A stretch of DNA of 40,113 nt, taken from positions 1 to 40,113 of the forward strand of contig JAUCBJ010002160.1 of the NCBI GenBank assembly GCA_032718475.1, read 5' to 3'. The translations under genes were made by a program, and so were the position numbers. Shown here one piece after another: positions 1-10,228 of the stretch. The stretch comes from Nemertoderma westbladi. Taxonomy: Eukaryota; Animalia; Xenacoelomorpha. Under the pieces are notes generated by a model. That model made no database searches and had not been told where the DNA came from. It saw nothing but the letters and a program-made list of their open reading frames with translations. How positions within the stretch are numbered: the stretch's first letter is position 1; each line of letters opens with the position of its first letter.

Positions 1-2
1 TA

Positions 3-527
3 TTCATCAACAGAATTTCTCGGAAAAATAATGAGGATGATATCATAGAATATCTGCGGGTTCGTAAAATACGGGTCCATCGTATAACAACTAGAATATC
101 CCGGGACTCAATCAATGTTCGATTAATAGTGGACCAAGAAGACTCGGTGATGGTTAAACAAGCCGGTTTCTGGCCGGATGGAATAACATGCCGCGACTGG
201 CAGTACAACACCAGATACGCGGAACAACAACACCGACATCGCAACGATCGTGATTACAACGGACAAACCTCGCGGCGACGAGCCCCTAACGGGGGGTACG
301 AGTGGGATCGCAACCAAAACGCGCAACCCCAACAACATTCGCCGGAACGTGGTGTGCCCAAACAATCGCCATGGCACCAAGATCACAACGATCAACATAC
401 AAGGCATCGAGATCCCCACCAACAGGACCAGTATTCTCGCGAACGTGGCACTTATTATCAATCTCCACTTGAACAGGATCGATACGCACAACGCCCGAGC
501 GAACGCACGCTGAGGCATCGGGTTTAA
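3..527 (+). CDS. LINE ORF1 C-terminal part (RRM-like fold plus R/Q/H/D-rich tail), 5'-partial
   Basis: Frame is open from position 3 (FINRISRKNNEDDIIEYLR...) into the listed 129..527 ORF. Contains FWPDGITCRDW, matching the FWPxGIxxRxW motif typical of RRM-type LINE ORF1 ends. Confidence 0.75.
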   Translation, partial: FINRISRKNNEDDIIEYLRVRKIRVHRITTRISRDSINVRLIVDQEDSVMVKQAGFWPDGITCRDWQYNTRYAEQQHRHRNDRDYNGQTSRRRAPNGGYEWDRNQNAQPQQHSPERGVPKQSPWHQDHNDQHTRHRDPHQQDQYSRERGTYYQSPLEQDRYAQRPSERTLRHRV

Positions 528-564
528 CCCGCACAAAACCCAGGATAGCGGAAACAGCAAACCA

Positions 565-3500
565 GTGAGATTTAGCACCTTTAACACCAGAGGATTTTCA
601 GGCAACACCGAATATATTGACAAACTGCTTGGCGAGTGTGACTTTCTCGCTCTCCAGGAACACTGGCTGGACGACTTGGAATGCAAAACCGTTCTAGAAC
701 CCCTGAATGACAAGTTCCACTGCGTATATGCGGTCAGCCCTCTGATGGAGAACCAATACCGCAAACGTGGTGCTGGTGGTGTCGCGCTCTACTTTAGGAA
801 GGACCTGGTGCGGACATGGTCACGGGTGGATGGCGGTGATGGTATCGTCGGTATCATCGCTAACCTGAAGAATTGTAATCGGTCTATTATAGCGCTATCG
901 TGCTACGCACCAGACCAATCCAAGGACGCAGCCCTGTACGACAGTTTTCTGGGTCGCATACACTCGGAAGTTACTCGGTATTCGGGATGTACCCCCATAT
1001 TACTAATGGACTGTAATGCCGACTTGGGAAACCTGCAGGGATCAAGAGGTCAGTTATCGAGTAAAAAGGCGAATACCAGAGGGCTACATCTCGACAGCTT
1101 CCTCAACAGCAATGGTTTGTGTGTCGCCGACACACACAGCCCGTTTACTGGGCCAATAATAACGTTTCGCGGTCAAGGCCAAAATACCAGTTCGTATATT
1201 GACCACATTGTGACGTCTACCGACGGTGGTGGGCTCATCAGAAGCGGGTGTGTGTATGGTGATGACCCTGCTAACAACCATTCGGACCACGCCGCAGTTC
1301 TAGCTACTTTTGATCTCGCAACACCATATGACTACACGGAGGACAACAAGGGTCCAAATAAGTCAAACCGGCGTCAAATAAAATTCAACTGGGACAAAGC
1401 CACATCAGAAGGCAAATATAAGTACAAAGAAGCCATAGACGTGGCGATCGCAAAGTTAATTGATGATACCAAGGGACTCTGTGACATTGATGCAATAAGT
1501 AACTGTATGGAATCGTTGCAGAGCTCGGTGGTTGTGGCAGCCACATCATTTATCCCAATAATACAACAGCGGCGGCCCACCACAAACCTTCGCATACGAT
1601 CGAAGCTCCTACGAGCGAGTTCCAGAACAACACAGGACCTGTACAAATTATGGAGTGTTACTGGACTGGACCCCGAGGATCAACTCGGTTCGGCGTTCAA
1701 AGAGTCCAAGCGTCGCACGAGGAGGATAAAGAACTTTCTCTCGCGGAACATGGTACGCAATTCAACGAATAAATGGTCGAGGAATTTCAGTTCCCATCCC
1801 CGCCAATTCTGGTCCAATGTGAACCGAACCAGCACCACAAGCGCACCGCCAACCATGGAATCGGTACTGCGATCCCACTACACTACCAAGTTTAGTGGGG
1901 ACCACGGTCTGAGTGATTCTCTCAGAACCGATTTAAAGGAAGCCTGTGACACCAGCGTTCTACCTCAAATATCGCCTCTGGCGGTCAGACGAGCCGTCGC
2001 CTCTCTCTCGACAAGAAAATCGCCGGACTTTTCCTCGCTAACTGCCGAGCACATTCTGTATATGAATCCGGAGCCGATATGCGAGCTTCTAGCCGTTGTA
2101 ATAAATACCTGTTTTGAACTGAAACAAGTACCGACGCTGTTTGGCAACTCAGTAATCTCGAGTCTGTACAAAGGAAAACAGCGGGATCTATTTTGTACAG
2201 GGTCATACAGACCAATTGCCTCGATTAGCATCTGGGCAAAGGTCTTTGAGCGGGTGATACTTACAGAGTTTCTGGGCGGTATAAAACTACACGACAATCA
2301 GACAGCGTATCGCAGCAGGATTGGGTGCGACATCGCCATAGCTACAGTTCTGGAAAGCATTGAGAGTAACTTAGTGAGAGGGTCCCAATTGTACATCTGC
2401 CAGCTAGACATAGAGGCTGCGTTCGACTCCGTGGACTATGATACATTGGGTCGGAAGATGATGGAGTTCGTTAACCCTCACATCGTCGCCACCGTGCTCA
2501 ATTACTACATGGCCAGCACCTTGTACCTAAAGTTCGACGGCCTGATCGATCGTGACGGAATCTCTGTTCGACGAGGCGTTAAACAGGGATCCTTGTTATC
2601 ACCGATCCTATTCAACCTGTACACAAGAAGCATACTGGACAACCTAGAGGAATCCCATGTGGGATATACAATCAATTCAATCTGGTTGGGAGCCATATCA
2701 TATGCGGACGATTTCTTACTAATGACGAACAATCCAAAAGATATGGAAACTCTATTTAGGGTCTTCAGCAAGTCCGCCAATGATATAAAACTGTCGGTCG
2801 AATCTAGTAAAATCAAGTGGACGGTATTTTCGAACCAAAGGAATTGCCACCAACCGTCCTTCCTCCGGCTTGGCAAACCGCTGTTCCCGCGCAGTAAATC
2901 CTGGACCTTCCTCGGCTACAACCTGGCCCAGTCGCAGACCAACCCTCTGGGCGCCTCGGCCCAGAAGATAGTCGCCCTCGCACGGATGTTCCAGGCGAAG
3001 GGCTGGACGACCCGGTGGCTGCCGGTGGCGACCGTTGCCAACCTGTGGCGCGCCGTCGCTCTACCGGCTGCCCTGTACTCACTGAAACTCAACATCGGGG
3101 CGTTCACTCAAACTGAATTTGGAAAACTCGACGTGGTTTACAGGAACGCCCTCAGGAGTCTGCTGTGTGTTGGACCGTACATTGGGAACTCAACACTCTA
3201 CCACCTAACCCAGCTGAAACCCATCTCGCTGGAGGCCTTCCGGCTATCGGTTGGTACACTCGTGCGGTACAACGAGTGCCCCAACAAAGCCCTCCAGAGC
3301 GCGTTTGCATCCCTGGCAATCGCCAGCCTGTCCGGGAGACGGGGGAGAGGTTCCTACCCAGGGGTTCTCGGCGGCTACAGAGCCGCCTCCACCGAGCACC
3401 CTCTACCACGGCTCGAGTCCATTCTAATATACCGCTACGGGAAGGACTCCATCGTAAACCGGATGGTTATGGGCGCGCCGACCTTCACAGATATTGGGAA

Positions 3501-3591
3501 CGCTGATTTCATTGCGGCCTGCTTCGACCTCCAATCGCTGACATTGCGGGAAAAACTGAAACGAATAAAGGAATTTTATGCCATCATTTAG
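565..3591 (+). CDS. LINE ORF2: apurinic-like endonuclease + reverse transcriptase
   Basis: EN motifs FNTRG, LQEHW, GGVA, DCNAD, YIDHI, SDH. RT motifs YRPIAS, LDIEAAFDSV, GVKQGSLLSP, YADD, FLGY. 1008 codons without a stop; GTG start. Confidence 0.96.
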   Translation: MRFSTFNTRGFSGNTEYIDKLLGECDFLALQEHWLDDLECKTVLEPLNDKFHCVYAVSPLMENQYRKRGAGGVALYFRKDLVRTWSRVDGGDGIVGIIANLKNCNRSIIALSCYAPDQSKDAALYDSFLGRIHSEVTRYSGCTPILLMDCNADLGNLQGSRGQLSSKKANTRGLHLDSFLNSNGLCVADTHSPFTGPIITFRGQGQNTSSYIDHIVTSTDGGGLIRSGCVYGDDPANNHSDHAAVLATFDLATPYDYTEDNKGPNKSNRRQIKFNWDKATSEGKYKYKEAIDVAIAKLIDDTKGLCDIDAISNCMESLQSSVVVAATSFIPIIQQRRPTTNLRIRSKLLRASSRTTQDLYKLWSVTGLDPEDQLGSAFKESKRRTRRIKNFLSRNMVRNSTNKWSRNFSSHPRQFWSNVNRTSTTSAPPTMESVLRSHYTTKFSGDHGLSDSLRTDLKEACDTSVLPQISPLAVRRAVASLSTRKSPDFSSLTAEHILYMNPEPICELLAVVINTCFELKQVPTLFGNSVISSLYKGKQRDLFCTGSYRPIASISIWAKVFERVILTEFLGGIKLHDNQTAYRSRIGCDIAIATVLESIESNLVRGSQLYICQLDIEAAFDSVDYDTLGRKMMEFVNPHIVATVLNYYMASTLYLKFDGLIDRDGISVRRGVKQGSLLSPILFNLYTRSILDNLEESHVGYTINSIWLGAISYADDFLLMTNNPKDMETLFRVFSKSANDIKLSVESSKIKWTVFSNQRNCHQPSFLRLGKPLFPRSKSWTFLGYNLAQSQTNPLGASAQKIVALARMFQAKGWTTRWLPVATVANLWRAVALPAALYSLKLNIGAFTQTEFGKLDVVYRNALRSLLCVGPYIGNSTLYHLTQLKPISLEAFRLSVGTLVRYNECPNKALQSAFASLAIASLSGRRGRGSYPGVLGGYRAASTEHPLPRLESILIYRYGKDSIVNRMVMGAPTFTDIGNADFIAACFDLQSLTLREKLKRIKEFYAII

Positions 3592-3936
3592 TCGTATTTT
3601 AATCGGATTTAGATCGATTTTTACTGCTTTTTTAGCCAGATCATTTTATTCGGAATATCCAATAACTGCAATTCAATTGTTTTAATTCATTTGTTTGCCA
3701 TTTTATATCATATCATTGAAGGACGTATTTTAATTTAGTCAAGCTAGTTTCAATACCAATACCAAACTGGAGGTCACCAGAGGTCACATAATGGAAAAAC
3801 TGAAACGATTAAAGGAATTTTATGCCATCATTTAGTCGTATTTTAATCGGTTTTAGATCGATTTTTACTGCTTTTTTAGCCAGATCATTTTATTCGGAAT
3901 ATTCAATAACTTTAATTCAATTGTTTTTATTCATTT
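3549..3936 (+). repeat. ~144-bp direct duplication of the ORF2 end / 3' UTR start (3549-3692 and 3793-3936)
   Basis: GGAAAAACTGAAACGA...TTCATTT is present twice at an offset of 244 nt, with a few substitutions. Confidence 0.92.
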
Positions 3937-4136
3937 CACGCTCTATGTCGTGATTAATCTACTTTCATTGTGAATTAATTGTAAATGTATGTTGTAAATT
4001 TTATTGACCGTATTGTCGGCTAGTCCGAATTAAAGAGTATAATAATAATGTTTATGTCATAACTTGATGACATCAACTACATTCACATTGTAAACAATTA
4101 TCTTCCATTATATCACACAAGGGTTATTTCCTACAG

Positions 4137-4690
4137 GATTGACGAATTTTAGCGACATTTCTGGAATCGGTTTCGAATTAGCTGAGATACCAGTGTTCCT
4201 AATCGTGGGAGCTATTGGAGGACTCCTCGGCGCGCTGTTTAACTACACTAACTATCACGTGACAGTTTACAGACTCACGTGGCTACGAGCTAAATGGACC
4301 CGCGTTCTAGAAGCCATCGTTATAACAATGTTCACCGCTACTCTCCTATTTATGATGGCCTACTTTCATCCACATTGTGTTCCTATTGACGCGAATACCG
4401 AGGAAAGTGAACTCGCAATAACCGGTTTATGCGAACCTGGGAGTTTCTCCGCTACCGCGGCCACTGCAACACAAACTCCGGAAGGAATAGTCCGACGGAT
4501 ATTCCGATCAAAGACGTCGGCTTTCGACCTTCCGACTCAAATAATTCTCTGGTTGGTCTACTCCGCTCTCGCTTGCTGGACATGCGGAGTCGGAGTAGCC
4601 AGTGGTGTGTTCATCCCTTCTTTGCTTTGCGGTGCATTATGGGGACTCATTGTCAGCAGTCTCTGTCATATGATATTCCCGGGACAAGTG
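4137..4690 (+). CDS. CLCN7: CLC chloride/proton exchanger (CLCN7-like), internal exon (transmembrane helices)
   Basis: GLTNF...GAIGGLLGALFN...GVASGVFIPSLLCGALWG are CLC motifs. Acceptor cctacag at 4136 (phase 1), donor gtgagt at 4691 (phase 0). Confidence 0.9.
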
Positions 4691-5888
4691 GTGAGTTATT
4701 AATAAAGTACAAACTATGCATCAATATAGTCATCACATTTATTTTTAAAGCTCTACTGTTTTACCAACAAACGTTAAGTGTTAAGTGTCAACAAATGTTA
4801 AGTGTTACAAAATTATTAATAGGACAGTTTAGTCTATTTAAAAATGTACTTAATAATTTTTTTTACAGTAAAATGGTAGCTGGTTATTTAATCCAATAAT
4901 CAACTCCAAAATAACAAAATAATATGACCAAATGACAAATAAAAAATTTAAAAAATATATAGAAACAAACCACAATAATGATAACAAAAAACAATTGATT
5001 TGTTCCTATATAAGATCATTTAATATAAGCCTCTCAGAAATTACAATAGAAGATATTTTTGTAAAGCATTATTTTTTGGTGACATCGTAAAATACCACCA
5101 CAAAATCACAAAATATTCACCAATTAATTTGGTGCCGAGAAAACATTATTGCCCCTCATGAAAAACCATATCGCTTCCGCAAAGTGAAAATTTAAATACA
5201 CAACAAACGTAACGGTAAAAATGAGAAATATAAATTTGGAAATTTATTATAAATATCATCTGTAAATATAAAAAATGATTTAAAATATTTGAAACAAAGA
5301 TTTGTTGCAATAATTATTATAATTATTATACTCCAAGTGATTAAATGGTTACCATAGCGATAAGTGCAAAATCATAAGCTTTGTGTTGAAGTTGAAGTCT
5401 CAAAATTATGATATTGAAAAAATATCACAGTTTATACCGTAACAAGGTTGATTAACAAGTTTGAGTAACAAACAGATTAATTAGTTGTCGATACTATTTT
5501 ATCGCAAATGTAAACAAACAAAATACAAATAAAAAAATATGGAATAATATAAACATCATATTATTATAACTTTAAAATATGTACAAAGAGCATTTCAGAT
5601 TATAATAAACAATGAAAGTTATCGAAATAATAATTGCGAAAATTGTTACAATTCCGTTAATAATGGGAAAAAACTCAAAATGCTCGTATTTTTAACATCA
5701 TTAAATTGATCTGAAACAAGAGTCGGGTTAATATGATAATTACCTGTTATATTCAGTCTAGTTGAATAGCCTATTGGTAAGTTGGTCTGTTGGTAAGACT
5801 TTCATATTGTTTCACTATGAAACGATAGTTCATTCGTAAAACGCAACAAGGTGGTGCCACTAATGAATTATAGCAATTAGCCAAATAA

Positions 5889-6188
5889 CTAAGATAACTG
5901 ATATAATATTAACAGTAGAACGGATATCGAGGTAATAAAATGTCCCGGAAGTGACGTCAACGTAGAGGTACCGGAAGTGACGTCAGCGGAGAAGTTGCAC
6001 AGATCCTCGTCGCGACAACAGCGTCGCACGCAATTCTGTTTGCCCCTTAGCGGCGTGTCTGGGCACTCGTACTCCTCATCACCAACATCAAGGGACTCCC
6101 GTATGCAGTCCGAGTCGCACCCTGCCTGTACAACCGTTTCCTTGACAACAAACGAACCGCCCGCATTGACACTGGTGTACTCGTTCAC
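5889..6188 (-). CDS. Ly6/uPAR (three-finger) protein, exon 3 with CCxxxDLCN motif and GPI-type hydrophobic tail
   Basis: tttcag|GTG AAC; ...AGC...CCRDEDLCN, then a Ser/Thr spacer and hydrophobic ISVLLLILYQLS*. Spliced product is 193 aa with 12 Cys in the mature domain. Confidence 0.87.
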   Translation of the reverse strand: MNEYTSVNAGGSFVVKETVVQAGCDSDCIRESLDVGDEEYECPDTPLRGKQNCVRRCCRDEDLCNFSADVTSGTSTLTSLPGHFITSISVLLLILYQLS

Positions 6189-6455
6189 CTGAAATGTTAA
6201 AAAAATATAGCCACTCGTAAAAACACAACTTGATCCAAATTAACCAGTAAAGTTTAATTTTAAACAAAAATAATAAGTTTCATTTCAAACAAAAACAAAG
6301 TCCAATTTGTTTCACCATAGAATTAAATTATTGTTATTAATTGGTCCAAATCTGCCACAGTAAAAATATAATATAACATGGCAGCATGATTAAAATAAGG
6401 TCCGCTTAAATAAAACTAGGAAATTAAAAACGCAAAATAATACTGAGAAACTTAC

Positions 6456-6655
6456 GTAACAGTAATCTTCGGCATTACAGGTTCGGGACCAGCGTATTTC
6501 GTCCGGCCTCGGTTTGTATCCGGTACAATTGCGTTCCCCGTTCCTCATTGTGGAACACTTGTAGTTCCACAGATAACATATTATCGTACTTTCTTCCTCA
6601 TCCGGATCGATGTACTTGTATTTGCCTTCCGGATCCCGGAAGTTATTGTAAATAT
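6456..6655 (-). CDS. Ly6/uPAR (three-finger) protein, exon 2
   Basis: Polypyrimidine tract and cttag acceptor; (D)IYNNFRDPEG...IICYLWNYKC...NC...TCNAEDYCY|gtaagt. 200 nt, phases 1 and 0. Confidence 0.85.
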
Positions 6656-9386
6656 CTAAGAAAGAAAAAGAAAAAAAAATATTATTATAAGAACGCATTA
6701 CCGGTATCTATTATTTATATAAATTTGTATAATTAATTAATTATCTAATCATATGTAAAGAATTACACCACTGCACTGAGAGATATCTACTATACATACT
6801 ACAATAATTTTACAATATCCAACTAAAGGTGCTGAGGCCTAATTTTATAAGACACACATTATGTAAACCTTTGATACTTGAACAAAGCAGCGGTCGCAGC
6901 CTAAAAGGACACTACTTCTGTTGTGAGTTAAGGACCAGGCAGTGCACAATACTGTAGTAAGTGAGCCCATGGGCTCATGGAGCCCGTACTTTTTTTATTT
7001 ATATCCTCCCTTCACCAGACCACCACCAATGTAGCTCAGATACTGTTGGAACATTTCAGTTTTTAATGGAATCTCATAAGGTAAACATTTTTCATGATTT
7101 TTGTTTCTTAATTTAATAATAATTTGATTTAAACAAACTAATATTTGCTTGGGATGAAGTCAACATAAATTGACTGTAGCTGAAACTAGTTTAGTCAATT
7201 TCTGTTGTAGGTGACGAACTTAATAAGGGTATCTTACGACAATTATTATTATTGAATTTTTAATTGAATTTTTTAATTTGATATTTATGAATTTTTATAT
7301 ACAAGTTAATCTAGGTATCATCAAGTTCATCAGTGAGAAAATGATTTTTTAGATTTTGATTTGTAATATGAAGTGGCAGCGGCAGGGTATTCCAAATAAT
7401 AGGGACGCTGTATTTCAATGACTTTTGGGTTTGTAGTAGCCGAGTACGGACGTACGGTGAATGAAATAGTTTTGTGAAGTGGTGGAACGGGTGGAGTAGC
7501 GGAGAACGTGGCTAGTTAGTTGAAAAAGAGATGTCATAATAATATTCTTGTTGAAATTTAATTAAAGTTAATTGTCCACAAAAGTTTAGCATACGATGGA
7601 TTCTCATAGCATACTCATATATGAGCTGTCGTTCTTTCCTTCTGTAGTTCTGCCGTTCTGTTGTGTTCAATTTTAAACTTTAATAACTCAGCCAAATGTT
7701 AATGAAATCTATCCAAACTTGGTACACATGTAGTTTGGCAAAAGTTTAGAAACTATCCAAGTTGAAAGTCTGTGTGGCCTTCGAGAAGCTAAGATAATAG
7801 CAGTTAATTAGTTAATTAAGTTGATTATGGTAAAAACAGCATTTTCAACCTGCATCTTAAAGGATATTAATTATTTTCTAGTATAAGATTTAAATAATTA
7901 TAATTAAAAATTATACAACTGTATTCCCCAGACCCCATTCCATTATAGTTTTTAATTAGTTTAAGAGATTTGCTTTAATAAATGTGTTTTTAATTGATCT
8001 AAACGCAATTAACTTATTAAAATGCCCCGTCTCCTGCTATAGCTCCCTCCCTAGCAGCCTAGCTTGGAAGGGGAACCAGTCCAACCACACCTCACCTCTA
8101 CTCAAAGGCAGCATTGTAATGAACCAGACTAATACGCCAGCTTAATTATTGTGTTTAGCTTGCAAAATGATTGGCCGAGTACTTAATCATGATTCTTCAG
8201 AATAATTAGCTAAATAATTTCGTTGAGGCGTTGACATGATAAATTAATATACCAGTATCAATACTATATGCATAAGGTAAGTTTTATGTTTCTTACAAAT
8301 TGGGTCGCCTCCACGACCAAAATTATTGAAAATATTACTTTATGAGTTAACATGTTACAAATAATATGAGTTTATTGATTTCTTTGTTGGTTAAGTAAAC
8401 TAAATAATATGCGATCTTTAATTATTTTCGCGAGAAATTTGTGCTGTTTGTATATTTGTGAATCGCTTCCAGTTGTATTTCGTGTTATATTAAAAATAAA
8501 TATAACTTATTACTTTTAAAACACGAATTTTGTGTTAATACCTCTGCCTTTCATCAATCCTGTACGTGCGCCTTTGGGTTGGGGTGGTGCAGATTAAGAG
8601 GGAGGTTAAGAGGGGGAGGGGGGGGGGCTTTTCCTTTTCTTTGATTTCTGGTGTTTGGTTAAATTTCTTAGATACCGAGTTTGTGATACAGTAGAATCGC
8701 TCAATATGAATCTGTATCTCATAACTGAGCCTCGTGCTGCGTGAAGGCCCCTCGAACGTATTTTTTGTGGTTATGGATCTCCCACACCAGATTTCCAAAG
8801 GTAGAATGTTTAGTTTATTGCTTTGTAGATTGTACTTTGTTGGCCTCATAGAGTGAATACTGGAATAAGCTGGTCACATGGTGGGCTGGGAGCCCATCAC
8901 TTTCGGATTGTCTCGTGAAGCTTCGTAAAGAACACCTGAAGCGCTGAAGGCCTTGGAGATGAGGAAAATCTAGCGAAAGTTATGGCCATAATAATACCAT
9001 ATGCCTATCTATTGTACATTGAGTGCGTAAAGCGTAGGTAAAGCGTAAAGCGTTATAACGATGAGATTGTACGAATAGCGTAACGTTTTATATGTAATAT
9101 CAAACGGGTAGGTGTAATACTGTTACACCTACCGGTAGTTGTACTGTAAAACCTTTTCTTATTATGTAAAAAACATTTATGATGAAAAGGTAGGCCTATA
9201 TCAGAGATGCCTATATGTAATATAATTAATATAATGTAATATATTAGTTTAAAAATATATAAAATATAATATACCGGTCAGCCGGTACTATACTAAAACA
9301 GTCCTAAATCGAGCGAAGATGACACATGTCAAATATATTGTTAAATGGATCCCAAATATTTAACTTTAGTTTGCTTTTATACTTAC

Positions 9387-9468
9387 CTTCGACGGCGTCA
9401 GATAACGCCAGAATAATCAGAAAGGTTGATAAAAACACAAACAGTTTACGATCCCGGCAGAATAACAT
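9387..9468 (-). CDS. Ly6/uPAR (three-finger) protein, exon 1 (signal peptide)
   Basis: Minus strand ATG at 9468 gives MLFCRDRKLFVFLSTFLIILALSDAVE, then G|gtaagt. 82 nt, phase 1, compatible with exon 2. Confidence 0.8.
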
Positions 9469-10228
9469 AATTCGTCCTTATTATATAAATAGAACAAAAT
9501 TATGATATATTTAATTAATATAATTTTCACTTCACATGTACCGGAAAGTAAAACAGGCAGAATATAAAGCTACCGCACTGTTAATTTAATATAGTCATTA
9601 TACTGTACAATAATTATTAATAGGTTATGAAAGGCAATATCGCAAATATTTAATTATTGGGCGTTTGTGGAATAGCATATAGATTAGTAAGGCTGCTCTG
9701 TAGTAAAGCGGCTATGGTATACTGCATACAGGCCGCTGTTGTGAGTAATGCAGATGGATGTTCTGAGCCAAATAGAGTTACAGTAGTCAGCCAATCGGTG
9801 ACATTGTTGAGCAGGATTCCAGCTAGCCAGGCAGTGAGAGAGGGGGTATGGATTGGGATGGGATGGGATAGGATGGCATATGGGGATTGTGGGGGGGGGG
9901 GGGGGGGGGTGGGGGGTTATTGTATTCTGTTTGGGGCCGCGCCGCATAATCTAAGGCCAGAATGTTTGGCGACTTTAGCTCGTGAATTTCAATGATATTG
10001 TTGGATTACTGATGATATAATAATATACAATACTGGCTTAGCCATTGTAAATTATTGTTTGGTCGAGTGAGCATTCTAGGTAGAGGAAATAGGGAATATA
10101 TTTTGTAAACAATAATTATTACTTTTCTACTTTTTTTTAAGTTGTTTTATATTTTTAGACACTTTTATACAAATAAGTGAATTCATTAATCGATAATTAA
10201 TAAAGTTATCTCCAGTCTTCCTGTTGCT

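Larger units (their letters stand above)
1..4049 (+). mobile_element. Two-ORF non-LTR retrotransposon (LINE; APE endonuclease + RT), 5' end outside window, in an intron of the CLC gene
   Basis: ORF1 tail plus uninterrupted ORF2. AT-rich 3' UTR ends in a small stem-loop (TCGGCTAGTCCGA), ATTAAA and a short (TAA)n tail at ~4040-4049. Clade uncertain (LQEHWL endonuclease motif suggests RTEX or CR1/L2-group). Confidence 0.93.

Noticed and set aside
519-527. GGGTTTA as a -1 frameshift slippery site between LINE ORF1 and ORF2
   Set aside because: The heptamer is out of phase with ORF1 codons, and ORF2 lies in the +1 frame.
123-3506. Antisense and alternate-frame ORFs overlapping the LINE
   Set aside because: No recognisable motifs; expected by-products of a long GC-richer coding region.
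8535-8849. 104-aa minus-strand ORF
   Set aside because: Runs through a poly-G tract; LNILPLE faintly recalls a LINE ORF2 C-terminus but is too degenerate to call.
9657-9995. Gly- or Pro-rich short ORFs (also 26789-27085 and 39903-40094)
   Set aside because: Produced by poly-G/poly-C tracts or antisense to real exons.
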